A DNA stretch of 64,000 bases from Myxococcota bacterium (GTDB lineage Bacteria > Myxococcota_A > UBA9160 > UBA4427), in contig JAWKRW010000005.1 in the NCBI GenBank assembly GCA_041389445.1, forward strand, positions 242,243 through 306,242. The letters are read 5' to 3'. The notes beneath the pieces were generated by a model. That model made no database searches and was not told the DNA's origin. It worked only from the letters and a program-made list of their open reading frames with translations. This document shows, one piece after another, positions 55,246 to 64,000 of the stretch (positions are counted from its first letter, which is position 1; every line of letters begins with the position of its first letter). A program made the position numbers and the translations under genes.

Positions 55246-56216
55246 GGGAGCTCCTCTCGTTCGGGGTCGGACGCGCGGGGAGGGTCGTCGATGCGATCGG
55301 GCACGTCGCGCGGCGTCGCGCGGCGTCGCGCCAGCAGACGGGCCGCCACGGTCAGGGCGACGAGGAAGGCGAGGGCGGCGAGGAGCCAGACGAGACTGCC
55401 GTCGAAGGCCGAGCGGCCGAGTACGATGAAGCCTGTCGCGTAGATCATCTGGATCGCGACGGAGAGCACGACGAATCGGACGAGGTCGAGCCGGGCGGCG
55501 GCGAGGATCACGTTCTGCAGGAAGTAGGGGATGCCCGGCGTCAGGCGGACGAGCAGGATGAAGAGCGCCTCGTCGAGGGGCGAATCGAAGTCGGGGATGC
55601 GGTGGCCGCGGCGCGCGGCGAGGCGCTGGAAGGCCTGGTGGAGCACGCCGCGGGAGCCGGCATGCAGCAGCAGATTGCTGATCACGAGCGCGCCCGCGAA
55701 CCAGAGGAGCGACGGGCCGACGCCGAAGGCCGCCCCTGAGGCCATGTAGAAGAGCGCGATCGGAAAGGGCAGGAGGCTCGCGACGACGAAGGCCGCGAAG
55801 AAGAGCGCGGGCGGCGAGCGCCGCAGGCGCTCGATCACCTGCTCGAGGCGCGCCGCGGCGCCTTCCGGTCCGATCGCGGACGTCTCGCCTGAGACGTCGA
55901 CGGCTCCGCTCGCGCCGTGGATCGTGGGGAGGGCGACGGCGGGGAGCGCGACGCCCGTCCCCGAACCGATCACGAGGCTCGCGAGGGCCAGCGCGACGAG
56001 GCGAGCCCGAAGCGGAGCCGACGACGGAAGGCGCCCCCCGCGCTCGGGCGGAGCCGACGACGGAAGGCGCCCCCCGCGCTCGGGCGGAGCCGACGACGGA
56101 AGGCGCCCCCCGCGCCCGGGCGGAGCCGAGGACGGAAGCCGGCCCCCGCGCCCGGGCGCGCGTCGGCGGCGGTCGCTGGAGGCCGAGTACTTCGCTTCGT
56201 GCTGCGACCCGGTCAT
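55242..56216 (-). CDS. TVP38/TMEM64 (SNARE-associated/DedA-related) membrane protein with an N-terminal 12-aa x4 repeat
   Basis: Multiple TM helices. The family-like motif is LLVRLTPGIPYFLQNVILAAARL. If translation starts at ATG 56216, the N-terminus encodes (RGGRLPSSAPPx)x4. Confidence 0.8.
   Translation of the reverse strand: MTGSQHEAKYSASSDRRRRAPGRGGRLPSSAPPGRGGRLPSSAPPERGGRLPSSAPPERGGRLPSSAPLRARLVALALASLVIGSGTGVALPAVALPTIHGASGAVDVSGETSAIGPEGAAARLEQVIERLRRSPPALFFAAFVVASLLPFPIALFYMASGAAFGVGPSLLWFAGALVISNLLLHAGSRGVLHQAFQRLAARRGHRIPDFDSPLDEALFILLVRLTPGIPYFLQNVILAAARLDLVRFVVLSVAIQMIYATGFIVLGRSAFDGSLVWLLAALAFLVALTVAARLLARRRATPRDVPDRIDDPPRASDPEREELP
56014..56157. repeat. 36-bp tandem repeat x4 (copies 1-2 identical, 3-4 diverging)
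   Basis: ggagccgacgacggaaggcgccccccgcgctcgggc at 56014, 56050 and 56086 (1 mismatch), and at 56122 (several mismatches). The repeat is in frame within the 5-prime end of the 55242..56216 ORF. Confidence 0.9.
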
Positions 56217-56416
56217 GCGCTCGGGCTCTCCACCCCTGCTTCACGCCCAGCATATCCGCTCTGGTCGCCCTTCGACGGGCATGACGCGCCGGCGGCGCAA
56301 CGTCCCCGATTGGCGCCGAGCGCAAGACCGTTCGCGCTTCGATTGCAGGCGCATCCGGGATCGAGTACCAAGATCGGCGGGTCTCCTGCCTCGTCCGCTC
56401 GCGGTCCCGGTCCCCC

Positions 56417-57547
56417 ATGTTCTTCTTCGACTTCTCGAACTACTTCAAGATGATCGGGCTGGCCTGGAACGAGAAGGTTCCGAAGGCGAGGCGCTACTAC
56501 CTCGCCGTACTGCTGATCGGGGTGCCGATCCTCGCGACCTTCCATGCGATCTGCTTCCTGCTCGATCGGCTCCTCTACCCGGACCTCGCCGGGGTCGAGG
56601 TCAAGGCGCCGATCTTCATGGTCGGCCATGCCCGCAGCGGCACGACCCTGACCCATCGCCTGCTCTCCGCGGACCGGGGTCGCTTCAGCTCCTTCCTCCT
56701 CTACGAGCTCTACTTTCCTTCGCTCATCCAGAAGAAGTTGATCCGCTGGATCGCGCGCATCGACGCGGAGAAGTGGCGCGGGCTCCTCGCCGGTCAGGTC
56801 CGTGCGTGGGAGGACTGGCGCTACGGACCGATGCGCCACATGCACGAGATGGGACTGACCGAGCCGGAGGAGGACGACATCGTCCTCTACTGGTCGATGG
56901 CCGCGGGCTTCTGGATCACGAAGATGCCCTACATGGGCGACCTCGACTTCTACTACATGAACGATTGGCCCGAGCGGAAGCGCCGGCGCTACAACGACTT
57001 CTACCGTGAGTGCGTCAAACGCCAGCTCTACCTGAACGGCCCGGACAAGATCCATCTCAGCAAGAACCCGATGTACTCGGGCCGCGTCGCCGCGCTCCAC
57101 GAGGCGTTTCCCGACGCGCGCTTCGTCGTCAACGTGCGCGATCCGAACGAGACGATCCCGAGCCTGCTCAAGCTCGTGCGCGCGGGCTGGAAGCAGCTCG
57201 GCTGGGATCCGGAGCGTCAGACGCGCTGCCTCGCGATCCTCGCCGACCAGTCCTGGCATACCTACAAGCATCCGCTCGAGTTCCTCTCGACCCATCCCGA
57301 GGTCAAGGGTGCGGTCGTCGACTATCGTGACCTGACCGCCGACCCGGCGGGCACGATCGAGAAGCTCTATCAGGATCTCGAGCTCCCGATGACGGACGAG
57401 TACCGCGCCTTCCTCGCGACCCAGGCGAAGCGCGAGCGCAAGCACGACAGGAGGCACACCTACAGCCTCGAGGAGTTCGGTCTGGAGCCCGAGGCGATCC
57501 GGACCAACCTGGCCGAGCTCTTCGAGCGCTTCGGCTGGGACGCCTAG
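56417..57547 (+). CDS. Sulfotransferase family protein
   Basis: 5-prime-PSB-like P-loop GHARSGTTLTHRLL. An N-terminal hydrophobic segment is present. The gene looks lower in GC and starts ATGTTCTTCTTCGAC. Confidence 0.85.
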   Translation: MFFFDFSNYFKMIGLAWNEKVPKARRYYLAVLLIGVPILATFHAICFLLDRLLYPDLAGVEVKAPIFMVGHARSGTTLTHRLLSADRGRFSSFLLYELYFPSLIQKKLIRWIARIDAEKWRGLLAGQVRAWEDWRYGPMRHMHEMGLTEPEEDDIVLYWSMAAGFWITKMPYMGDLDFYYMNDWPERKRRRYNDFYRECVKRQLYLNGPDKIHLSKNPMYSGRVAALHEAFPDARFVVNVRDPNETIPSLLKLVRAGWKQLGWDPERQTRCLAILADQSWHTYKHPLEFLSTHPEVKGAVVDYRDLTADPAGTIEKLYQDLELPMTDEYRAFLATQAKRERKHDRRHTYSLEEFGLEPEAIRTNLAELFERFGWDA

Positions 57548-57614
57548 CGGGGCCGTGGACGCGCCCGGGGGATTCGCGTCCGATCCGGTCCGTCACGTTC
57601 GAGGAGGAATTGCG

Positions 57615-59027
57615 ATGACGAAAACGACGGCGACGGGCGAGGCGGTCGACGCGCAGAAGGATCTGCGCGCCGCGTGGGACGAGGTCATGGCGCTCCTCGC
57701 GGACGCGCGCGACGCGATCGACGAGCCGCGGCTCATGCCCGCGCCGCCGACCGACCGCAACCTCGCCGAGGGCTACCGCTACCTGATGGGCTTCGTCCAC
57801 AACGCGATCGAGCGCGTCTTCCATCAGGACCCCGTCCGCCCCCATTTCCGCAACGCACTCTCGATCATCACGCGCAGCACGATCGACAATCCCGACGCCA
57901 TCTACTTCTCGACGCCGATCGACGGACGCAAGACCTATCGCCTGCGCGGGGAGATGGGCGACGCCCGCCATTGGACAGGCGAGCCGCCGGCTTCGACCGG
58001 GCGAAAGGCGCCGCATTACATGATCTTCGAGGCCAGCTGGGGCTGCCTCGCCGGCGACTCGGGGACGCTCCAGGAGCTGCGGCCCGGCATGAAGAGCCAG
58101 ACCGGTCGGATCGACTCCTCGTCGATCCAGGTCGATCCGGACGGTTCCTTCGAAATCGTCTTCGCCCCCGAGCGGCCGAAAGGCTGGACGGGCAACTTCG
58201 TCTCGACGCTCAAGGTCGTGAGTCAGCCGCATCCGACGATGCCCGAAACGCCCCCCGAGCGGTACGCGCAGTACATCAGCGGCCGCCAGATCTTCGAAGA
58301 CTGGGCGCGCGAGGACGCGGTCCACTTCGAGATGGTGCAGCTGGGCGCCGAGGGCACGGCGCCGCCGCCCTACGACGCGCAGCAGGCGGCGGATCAGCTG
58401 CGGCGGTTCGGGGAGACGGTGCGCAACCAGATCCACTTCTGGAACGCGTTCTGGACGATTCCGATGGGGACCTACGGTCCGCGCCCGGGCACGCTCCCGG
58501 GCATCGGCTTCCCGCGCAACGCCTTCAACCAGATCAACGCCGCGTCGGCGGCGACCGGCGGCGGCATGTCGACGAACCTCTACGCGGGCGGCGTCGGCGA
58601 GATCGGGCCGGATGAAGCGATCATCATCGAGAACCGCATCAAGAAGAAGCCGAACTACGTCGGGTTCCAGCTGGGCAACCTCTGGGGCGAGTCGCTCGAA
58701 TACGCCGATCGCTGCAGCAGCCGCAACGGGCATCAGTCGGCCGTCGATGCGGACGGCGTGATCCGGCTGGTCGTTGCCCACGAAGATCCGGGCGTCCACA
58801 ACTGGCTCGACACGACGGGCCATCCCGTCTTCTTCATGTCGCCGCGCTGGGCCTACAGCCAGACGCCCGATCCCGACGACTGGCCCTCGATCTCGATGAA
58901 GGTCGTCAAGGCGAAGGACGTGATCGCGCACCTGCCCAAGGAGACGAAGCGGGTGACGCCCGAGGAGCGGCGCGCCGAGATCGCGATCCGCCAGCGCCAC
59001 GTGACGAAGCGCTACCGCGTGTTCTGA
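57615..59027 (+). CDS. DUF1214-like protein (tentative), paralog of 52132..53247
   Basis: ATG 57615 is preceded by GAGGAGGA. EGYRYLMGF, NPDAIYF, YRLRGEMGDA, DPGVHNWLDTTGH and PRWAY. Confidence 0.8.
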   Translation: MTKTTATGEAVDAQKDLRAAWDEVMALLADARDAIDEPRLMPAPPTDRNLAEGYRYLMGFVHNAIERVFHQDPVRPHFRNALSIITRSTIDNPDAIYFSTPIDGRKTYRLRGEMGDARHWTGEPPASTGRKAPHYMIFEASWGCLAGDSGTLQELRPGMKSQTGRIDSSSIQVDPDGSFEIVFAPERPKGWTGNFVSTLKVVSQPHPTMPETPPERYAQYISGRQIFEDWAREDAVHFEMVQLGAEGTAPPPYDAQQAADQLRRFGETVRNQIHFWNAFWTIPMGTYGPRPGTLPGIGFPRNAFNQINAASAATGGGMSTNLYAGGVGEIGPDEAIIIENRIKKKPNYVGFQLGNLWGESLEYADRCSSRNGHQSAVDADGVIRLVVAHEDPGVHNWLDTTGHPVFFMSPRWAYSQTPDPDDWPSISMKVVKAKDVIAHLPKETKRVTPEERRAEIAIRQRHVTKRYRVF

Positions 59028-59067
59028 CGAGGGGAGGGGCAATGCATCGCGCGAGAGGACCGCGGTC

Positions 59068-59880
59068 TTGATCCTCGACGCGTTTCGCCTCGACGGAAAG
59101 GTCGCGATCGTGACCGGGGCGGGGCGCGGCATCGGCGCCGAGATCGCGCGCGCCTTCGCCGAGGTCGGCGCGGCCATCGTCGCCGTCGCTCGCAGTCGGG
59201 ACGAGCTGCTGCGGACGGTCGCCGCGGTCGAAGCCGTCGGCGGCCGGGCGATCGCGGTCGCGCTCGACCTCGTCGCCCCCGATTCCCCGGCGCGGGTCGT
59301 CGAGCAGGCGCTCGAGGCCTGCGGTCGCATCGACGTGCTGATCAACAACGCCGGCGGCGGCGGGCACGTCCCGACGCGCCACGCGACCGACGACCATTTC
59401 GCCGCCGCGCTCGACCTCAACTTCAAGGCGCCCTTCTACCTGACGCGTGCGGCGGCGCCGCACCTGAAGCGGGACGGCGGCGCCGTCGTGAACGTCTCGT
59501 CGGGCTTCGCGTCGGCGGCGAACGTCGGCTCGATCCCGTACGGTGGCGCGAAGGCGGCGCTCGAGCAGATGACGCGCATGCTGGCGCTCGAGTACGCACC
59601 GCGGATCCGCGTGAACGCCATCCGCGTCGGGGCCGTCGCGACCGCGAACATGCGACGGAACCTGCTCGACGCGGCGCCGGGGATCGGCGAGAAGCTCGAG
59701 GCCTGGACGCCCCTCGAGCGCCACGGCACGCCGGCCGACATCGCCCAGGCGGCCCTCTACCTCGCGTCGCCCGCCTCGAGCTACGTCACGGCGCGGGTCC
59801 TGCCCGTCGACGGCGGCGTCGTGCTCGAGCGTTCGGCGATGGAGCTGATCGCGCGGGCGGAGCGGATCGCGAAGGCTTGA
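59068..59880 (+). CDS. SDR-family oxidoreductase (FabG-like)
   Basis: VAIVTGAGRGIG, NNAG, and the YGGAK (YxxxK) catalytic motif. TTG start. Confidence 0.9.
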   Translation: MILDAFRLDGKVAIVTGAGRGIGAEIARAFAEVGAAIVAVARSRDELLRTVAAVEAVGGRAIAVALDLVAPDSPARVVEQALEACGRIDVLINNAGGGGHVPTRHATDDHFAAALDLNFKAPFYLTRAAAPHLKRDGGAVVNVSSGFASAANVGSIPYGGAKAALEQMTRMLALEYAPRIRVNAIRVGAVATANMRRNLLDAAPGIGEKLEAWTPLERHGTPADIAQAALYLASPASSYVTARVLPVDGGVVLERSAMELIARAERIAKA

Positions 59881-59905
59881 AGGGCAGGAGCCGAGTGGGG
59901 GCGGG

Positions 59906-60769
59906 ATGGCGACGGTGAAGGCGACGGTGAAGGCTCGGGGGGGAACCGGCGCAGCGCCCGGCGGTGCGCGGGCTGCGCGTTTTCGGGCGCGCTACGGGCC
60001 GGCAGCGATCGTGACGGGCGCGGCCCAGGGCATCGGGCGCGCCTTCGCCGATTCGATCGCGGCGCGCGGCCTCGCGGTCCACCTCGTCGACGTCCAGGCC
60101 GAGCCGCTCGCCCGGGCGGCGCGGGAGGTCGAGGCGCGGTTCGGCGTGCCCGCGAGCGCGGTCCCCGTCGATCTCGCCCGGCGCGATTGCCTCGACCTCG
60201 TGCGGGTCGCGGTCCCGCCCGACGAGATCGGCCTGCTCGTCTGCAATGCGGCGATCGGCCAGGAGGGCCCTTTCCTCGACGAATCGCTCGACGCGCTCCA
60301 CCGCGCCATCGACGTCAACTGCCATGCCGCCGTCGCGCTCGCCCACGGCTTCGGCGCCGAGATGGTCCGCCGCGGTCGCGGCGGCATCGTCCTGATCGCG
60401 TCGGGCACGGCACTCCAGGGCTCGCCGCGCTACGCGAACTACGCCGCGACCAAGGCCTTCAACCTCGTCCTCGGCGAGAGCCTCTGGTACGAGTTCCGCG
60501 AGCATGGCGTCGACGTCCTGTCCTTCGTCCCCGGACCGACCAACACGCCCGGGCTGCGCCGCAGCGTGCAGGGACTGAAGGAGGGCGTCGCCATCGGTCC
60601 GATCCGGCTGCCCGGGGAGACGGCCGAGCGCGCCATCGACGCTCTCGGTCGTGCGGCGAGCGCGTCGCGCAAGGCCGATCATGCGGCCCAGCTCGCCGCG
60701 CGCCGCCGGCGGGCGGACGCGAACGCGGCGCGGAACGGGAAGACGCAGAGAGGGAGCGGAAAGGCATGA
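59906..60769 (+). CDS. SDR-family oxidoreductase
   Basis: AIVTGAAQGIG, NAAIG, and the YAATK (YxxxK) motif. Confidence 0.85.
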   Translation: MATVKATVKARGGTGAAPGGARAARFRARYGPAAIVTGAAQGIGRAFADSIAARGLAVHLVDVQAEPLARAAREVEARFGVPASAVPVDLARRDCLDLVRVAVPPDEIGLLVCNAAIGQEGPFLDESLDALHRAIDVNCHAAVALAHGFGAEMVRRGRGGIVLIASGTALQGSPRYANYAATKAFNLVLGESLWYEFREHGVDVLSFVPGPTNTPGLRRSVQGLKEGVAIGPIRLPGETAERAIDALGRAASASRKADHAAQLAARRRRADANAARNGKTQRGSGKA

Positions 60770-62211
60770 GCGACGTGCGGCGGACGCGGGAGGTCGGACG
60801 ATTCGAGCGGGAGGTCGACGTCGTCGTGATGGGCCTCGGGATGGCGGGGGCGGCGGTCGCGCTCGAAGCGAAGGCGGCGGGCGCCGACGTGTTCGTCGTC
60901 GAGCGTTCGGGGGCGGGCGGTGGCGCCTCGGCGCTCTCGGGCGGGCTCGTCTACATGGGCGGCGGCACGCCCGTCCAGCAGGCGGCGGGCTTCGAGGACA
61001 GCGAAGAGAACATGTTCCGATTCCTGATGGCCGTCTCGAGCCCGGGGGCGGACGAGGAGAAGATCCGCGCCTTCTGCGCAGACAGCGTCGAGCATTTCCA
61101 CTGGTTCGAGAAGCAGGGCGTTCCGTTCAAGCGGAGCTTCTACGACGAGCCCGGCCTCGAGTCGCGGACCGACGACTGCCTCGTCTACACCTCGGGCGAG
61201 GACTGCGCGCCCTGGAACACGATCGCGACGCCCGCGCCGCGCGGCCACAAGGCTCAGGTCGTCCAGAAGGGCGGCGGTCTCCTGATGAAGGTCATGCTCG
61301 AAGCGGTCGGGCGCGAAGGCATCCCCGTCCAGAGCGACACCCGCGGCGAGGCGCTCGTCCTCGACGACGACGGCGTCGTCGCGGGCCTCGTCGTCCGGCA
61401 CGCGGGGCGCGAATCCGCGATCCGCGCGCGCCGGGGCGTCGTGTTGACGGCGGGTGGCTTCATCATGAACGAGGCGATGTGCGCCCTGCATGCGCCGATC
61501 CTGAACCGCGTCACCGACCGCAACGGGACCCCGGGCGACGACGGCACGGGCATCCGCCTCGGCCAGTCCGCCGGCGGCACCGCCATCCGCATGCATCTCG
61601 GCGAGGTCGCTCTCCCCTACACGATTCCGAACCCGCTCTCGAAGGGCGTCTACCTCAACGCGCGGGGCCAGCGATTCATCAACGAGGACACCTACCACGG
61701 CCACGTCGGCATCGCGGGCCTGTACACGCAGAACGGCGAGCTCTTCCTCCTGCTCGATGACGCGACCTTTCGCCGCGGCCTCGTCGGGCTCCAGCCCGCC
61801 TGGGTCGCCGAGACCTTCGAGGAGCTCGAGGCCGAGGCCGGCTTCCCGCCCGGCTCCCTCGTCGGAACCATGGCGCTCTACAACCGCCATGCCGCGGAAG
61901 GCCGCGATCCCGTCTTCGGCAAGCGACCGGAGCGGATCGTGCCCCTCGTGAATCCGCCCTACGCCCTCGTCGATTGCCGCGTCTCGCAGGGCGCGATCTG
62001 GTCGGGCTTCACGATCGGGGGACTGCGGACGAGCGTCGACGGCGAGGTGCTCGACGACCAGGCGCGGCCGGTGCCCGGGCTCTACGCCGCGGGGCGAACG
62101 GCGGCGATCTTCAGCGGGCATGGCTATGCGGGGAGCGGTGCTTCGCTCGCAGATGCGAGCTATTTCGGACGGCGCGCGGGCAGGGCGGTCGCGCGGGCCG
62201 CCGGTCGCTGA
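60766..62211 (+). CDS. FAD-binding flavoprotein, 3-ketosteroid-delta1-dehydrogenase / fumarate-reductase-flavoprotein family
   Basis: ATG 60766 overlaps the upstream stop as ATGA. VDVVVMGLGMAGAAVALEA, VLTAGGF and PGLYAAGR. Confidence 0.85.
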   Translation: MSDVRRTREVGRFEREVDVVVMGLGMAGAAVALEAKAAGADVFVVERSGAGGGASALSGGLVYMGGGTPVQQAAGFEDSEENMFRFLMAVSSPGADEEKIRAFCADSVEHFHWFEKQGVPFKRSFYDEPGLESRTDDCLVYTSGEDCAPWNTIATPAPRGHKAQVVQKGGGLLMKVMLEAVGREGIPVQSDTRGEALVLDDDGVVAGLVVRHAGRESAIRARRGVVLTAGGFIMNEAMCALHAPILNRVTDRNGTPGDDGTGIRLGQSAGGTAIRMHLGEVALPYTIPNPLSKGVYLNARGQRFINEDTYHGHVGIAGLYTQNGELFLLLDDATFRRGLVGLQPAWVAETFEELEAEAGFPPGSLVGTMALYNRHAAEGRDPVFGKRPERIVPLVNPPYALVDCRVSQGAIWSGFTIGGLRTSVDGEVLDDQARPVPGLYAAGRTAAIFSGHGYAGSGASLADASYFGRRAGRAVARAAGR

Positions 62212-62255
62212 TTCCGACCCGTCCCCGAGCTCGCCCGCGCGGCGCGCAGAAAGGA

Positions 62256-62639
62256 ATGGCCATGATCAAGCTCGTCTTCTGTTGTCGTCGCAAGCCGGGC
62301 ATGACCCGGGAGCAGTTCCAGGCGCGCTGGCTCGAGGTCCATGGCCCGCTCGTTCGTCGGCTCCGGGCGGAGCTGCCCATGATGAAGCGCTATGTCCAGA
62401 GCCATACGCTCGCGGGCGCCGTCGGCGACGCCGTCCAGGACGGCCTGCGGGCGTCGCGCGGCGTGAAGGAGCCCTACGACGGGATCACGGAGGTCTGGTT
62501 CGACAGCCTCGAGGCGATGGGGGGCGGGCGTGGAGAGGCCGCGCGCGCCGCGGCTCAGCGCCTGCTCGAGGACGAGGCGGAGTTCATCGATTTCGCGGGA
62601 TCGGCCGTCTTCGTGACGGAGGAGCACGAGATCTTCTAA
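62256..62639 (+). CDS. EthD-family protein
   Basis: IKLVFCCRRKPGMTREQFQARWLEVHGPL...YDGITEVWFDS... ATG 62262 is an alternative start. Confidence 0.85.
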   Translation: MAMIKLVFCCRRKPGMTREQFQARWLEVHGPLVRRLRAELPMMKRYVQSHTLAGAVGDAVQDGLRASRGVKEPYDGITEVWFDSLEAMGGGRGEAARAAAQRLLEDEAEFIDFAGSAVFVTEEHEIF

Positions 62640-62801
62640 CGCGCGAGCCGCGCGTGCGTGTTCGATCCGAAGATTCGCGGCGTCCAGGGGAAAGCGCGCC
62701 TCGACTGCCACGACTTGCGGTCCAATGCTCGCCGGTCGTGACGACCGATGGTTCGTCGTCGGGGCCGACGCGGCGGGTCGCTCGGACCCGCCCGGACGCG
62801 C

Positions 62802-63842
62802 TCACGGCACGATCACCGCTCTCCCCGTCAGCTGGCCCGCCGCGAGCTTTTCGAAGGCCTTCGCCGCGTCCGCGATGTCGAAGAGCTCGACGTCGTTGCG
62901 CAGCAGGCCCTGCTCCGCGAGCTCGATCGCAGCGCGCGTGTCCTCCGCCGTGCCGCCCACGAAGGAGCAGATCGAGGCGCCCTTGCCGGCGAGCGCACCC
63001 ATCAACGGCGCCTCGAGTCGGCCTTCGCCGGCGCCGATCACCGCATAACGACCCAGCTTCGCCAGCGCCGCGAGGCTCGTCGCGATCGTCGCCGTGGTTC
63101 CGACGAAGTCGAGCACCGCATCGGCACCGCGACCCTCGGTCTTCTCGAGGACCTGGGCCGCCACGTCGTCGAGCGAGCCGTCGACGACGTCGTCGGCGCC
63201 GAGCTCGACCGCGCGGGCGCGCTTGTCGGCGGCGATGTCGGCGACCAGGATGCGCGCCGGCGTCAAGATCTTGAGGTACTGGATCGCGAAGCTGCCCAGG
63301 CCTCCCGCGCCGATCACGAACGCGGTCCGTCCGGGGCCGAGGCGCTCGCGCACGCGCCGCACGCCGTGGAACGACGTCGAGCCGGCGTCGGTCAGCGGGC
63401 CCGCGAGCTTCGGGTCGAGGCGGTCGAGGGGCAGGAGCGATCGCGTGCTCTCGACGATCATGTAGTCGGCGATTCCGCCGTTCATGCCGTAGCCGCGACC
63501 GAGTCGGTTCCAGTCGCAGGCGTTGTCGAAGCCCTCGTCGCATTCGAGGCAATGGCCGCAGGAGCGCGTCGAGACGACTGCGACCGGCTGGCCGGGCTCG
63601 AAGCCGAGGACGCCTTCGCCGAGGGCGTCGACCCAGCCGCCGACCTCGTGGCCGAGGGTGAAGGGCATCTTCCAGCCGAGCAGCTGGCCCAGGACGGGAG
63701 GCAGATGCGGCATGTGGAGATCGCTCTGACAGACGCCGTTGCCGGCGACCCGGATGCGGACCTCGCCGGGTCCCGGCGAGGGGACGTCGATCTCGACGAG
63801 CGCCGGCGGCGTCTGCCATTCGATCATGCGAAATGCGCGCAT
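62802..63842 (-). CDS. Zinc-dependent alcohol dehydrogenase (MDR family)
   Basis: ATG 63842. GVCQSDLH, GHEVGG, the structural-zinc pattern CGHCLECDEGFDNAC, and GAGGLG. Confidence 0.9.
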   Translation of the reverse strand: MRAFRMIEWQTPPALVEIDVPSPGPGEVRIRVAGNGVCQSDLHMPHLPPVLGQLLGWKMPFTLGHEVGGWVDALGEGVLGFEPGQPVAVVSTRSCGHCLECDEGFDNACDWNRLGRGYGMNGGIADYMIVESTRSLLPLDRLDPKLAGPLTDAGSTSFHGVRRVRERLGPGRTAFVIGAGGLGSFAIQYLKILTPARILVADIAADKRARAVELGADDVVDGSLDDVAAQVLEKTEGRGADAVLDFVGTTATIATSLAALAKLGRYAVIGAGEGRLEAPLMGALAGKGASICSFVGGTAEDTRAAIELAEQGLLRNDVELFDIADAAKAFEKLAAGQLTGRAVIVP

Positions 63843-64000
63843 GGTGGCTCTCGACGTCTTCTTCGTCGTCTTTCGGGCGGACACGGCGGTGGGGAGCTCC
63901 CTTCGGTCCGGCCGGCGGACGCGGCGACCGACCCGACCGAGGCTACCGGCCCCGGCGCCTCGACGCACGCCGGCCGGCGTGGACCGCCGCGCGGGTTGCG

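Overview
This is a 64 kb window of very GC-rich bacterial DNA, roughly 70% GC by eye, with patches nearer 60-65%. All calls come from reading the supplied six-frame ORFs, recognising motifs and inspecting the DNA by hand. No searches or computations were run. I recognised no rRNA, tRNA, CRISPR array, transposase, integrase or phage genes.

About 50 credible protein-coding genes are present. Most of the very long ORFs in the track are Arg/Pro/Ala-rich antisense artefacts of the high GC content.

Layout:
- **0.5-6.2 kb:** a SnoaL-like protein, a NarX/LiaS-type histidine kinase with a receiver-only response regulator, and an MMPL/RND exporter.
- **6.2-23.2 kb:** a cell-surface region. Seven ORFs end in PEP-CTERM-type sorting tails, and several carry eukaryote-like extracellular-matrix modules. 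These include a thrombospondin type-1 repeat mini-protein, an anchored FGE-sulfatase-fold protein, and a 1785-aa protein with TSP type-3 repeats and LamG domains.
- **23.5-30.7 kb:** an acyl-CoA/amidohydrolase operon preceded by twin palindromic operators, with a TetR gene at its 3-prime end and a decayed Baeyer-Villiger monooxygenase gene beyond that.
- **30.9-37.9 kb:** a slightly lower-GC block of lipoprotein and beta-helix genes flanked by genes with in-frame stop codons.
- **37.9-64 kb:** a dense set of hydrolase and oxidoreductase genes, including F420-type enzymes, esterases, NDH-2, D-aminoacylase, SDRs, a KstD-like flavoprotein, EthD and an alcohol dehydrogenase. It also holds a sulfotransferase/TVP38/aldo-keto-reductase group and several short tandem repeats just upstream of start codons.

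The best candidate for an undescribed system is a four-gene minus-strand operon at 18.3-23.2 kb. Three PEP-CTERM proteins are followed by a protein with a Sec signal, a collagen-like GXY tract and a VgrG-like gp27/gp5-OB module. No type VI secretion genes are visible around it.

The gene content suggests a Gram-negative, exosortase-bearing lineage such as Myxococcota or Binatota, but that is inference only. ATGA or GTGA start/stop overlaps are frequent (3167, 14875, 16820, 20423, 26637, 35091, 55242, 60766) and support the operon calls.
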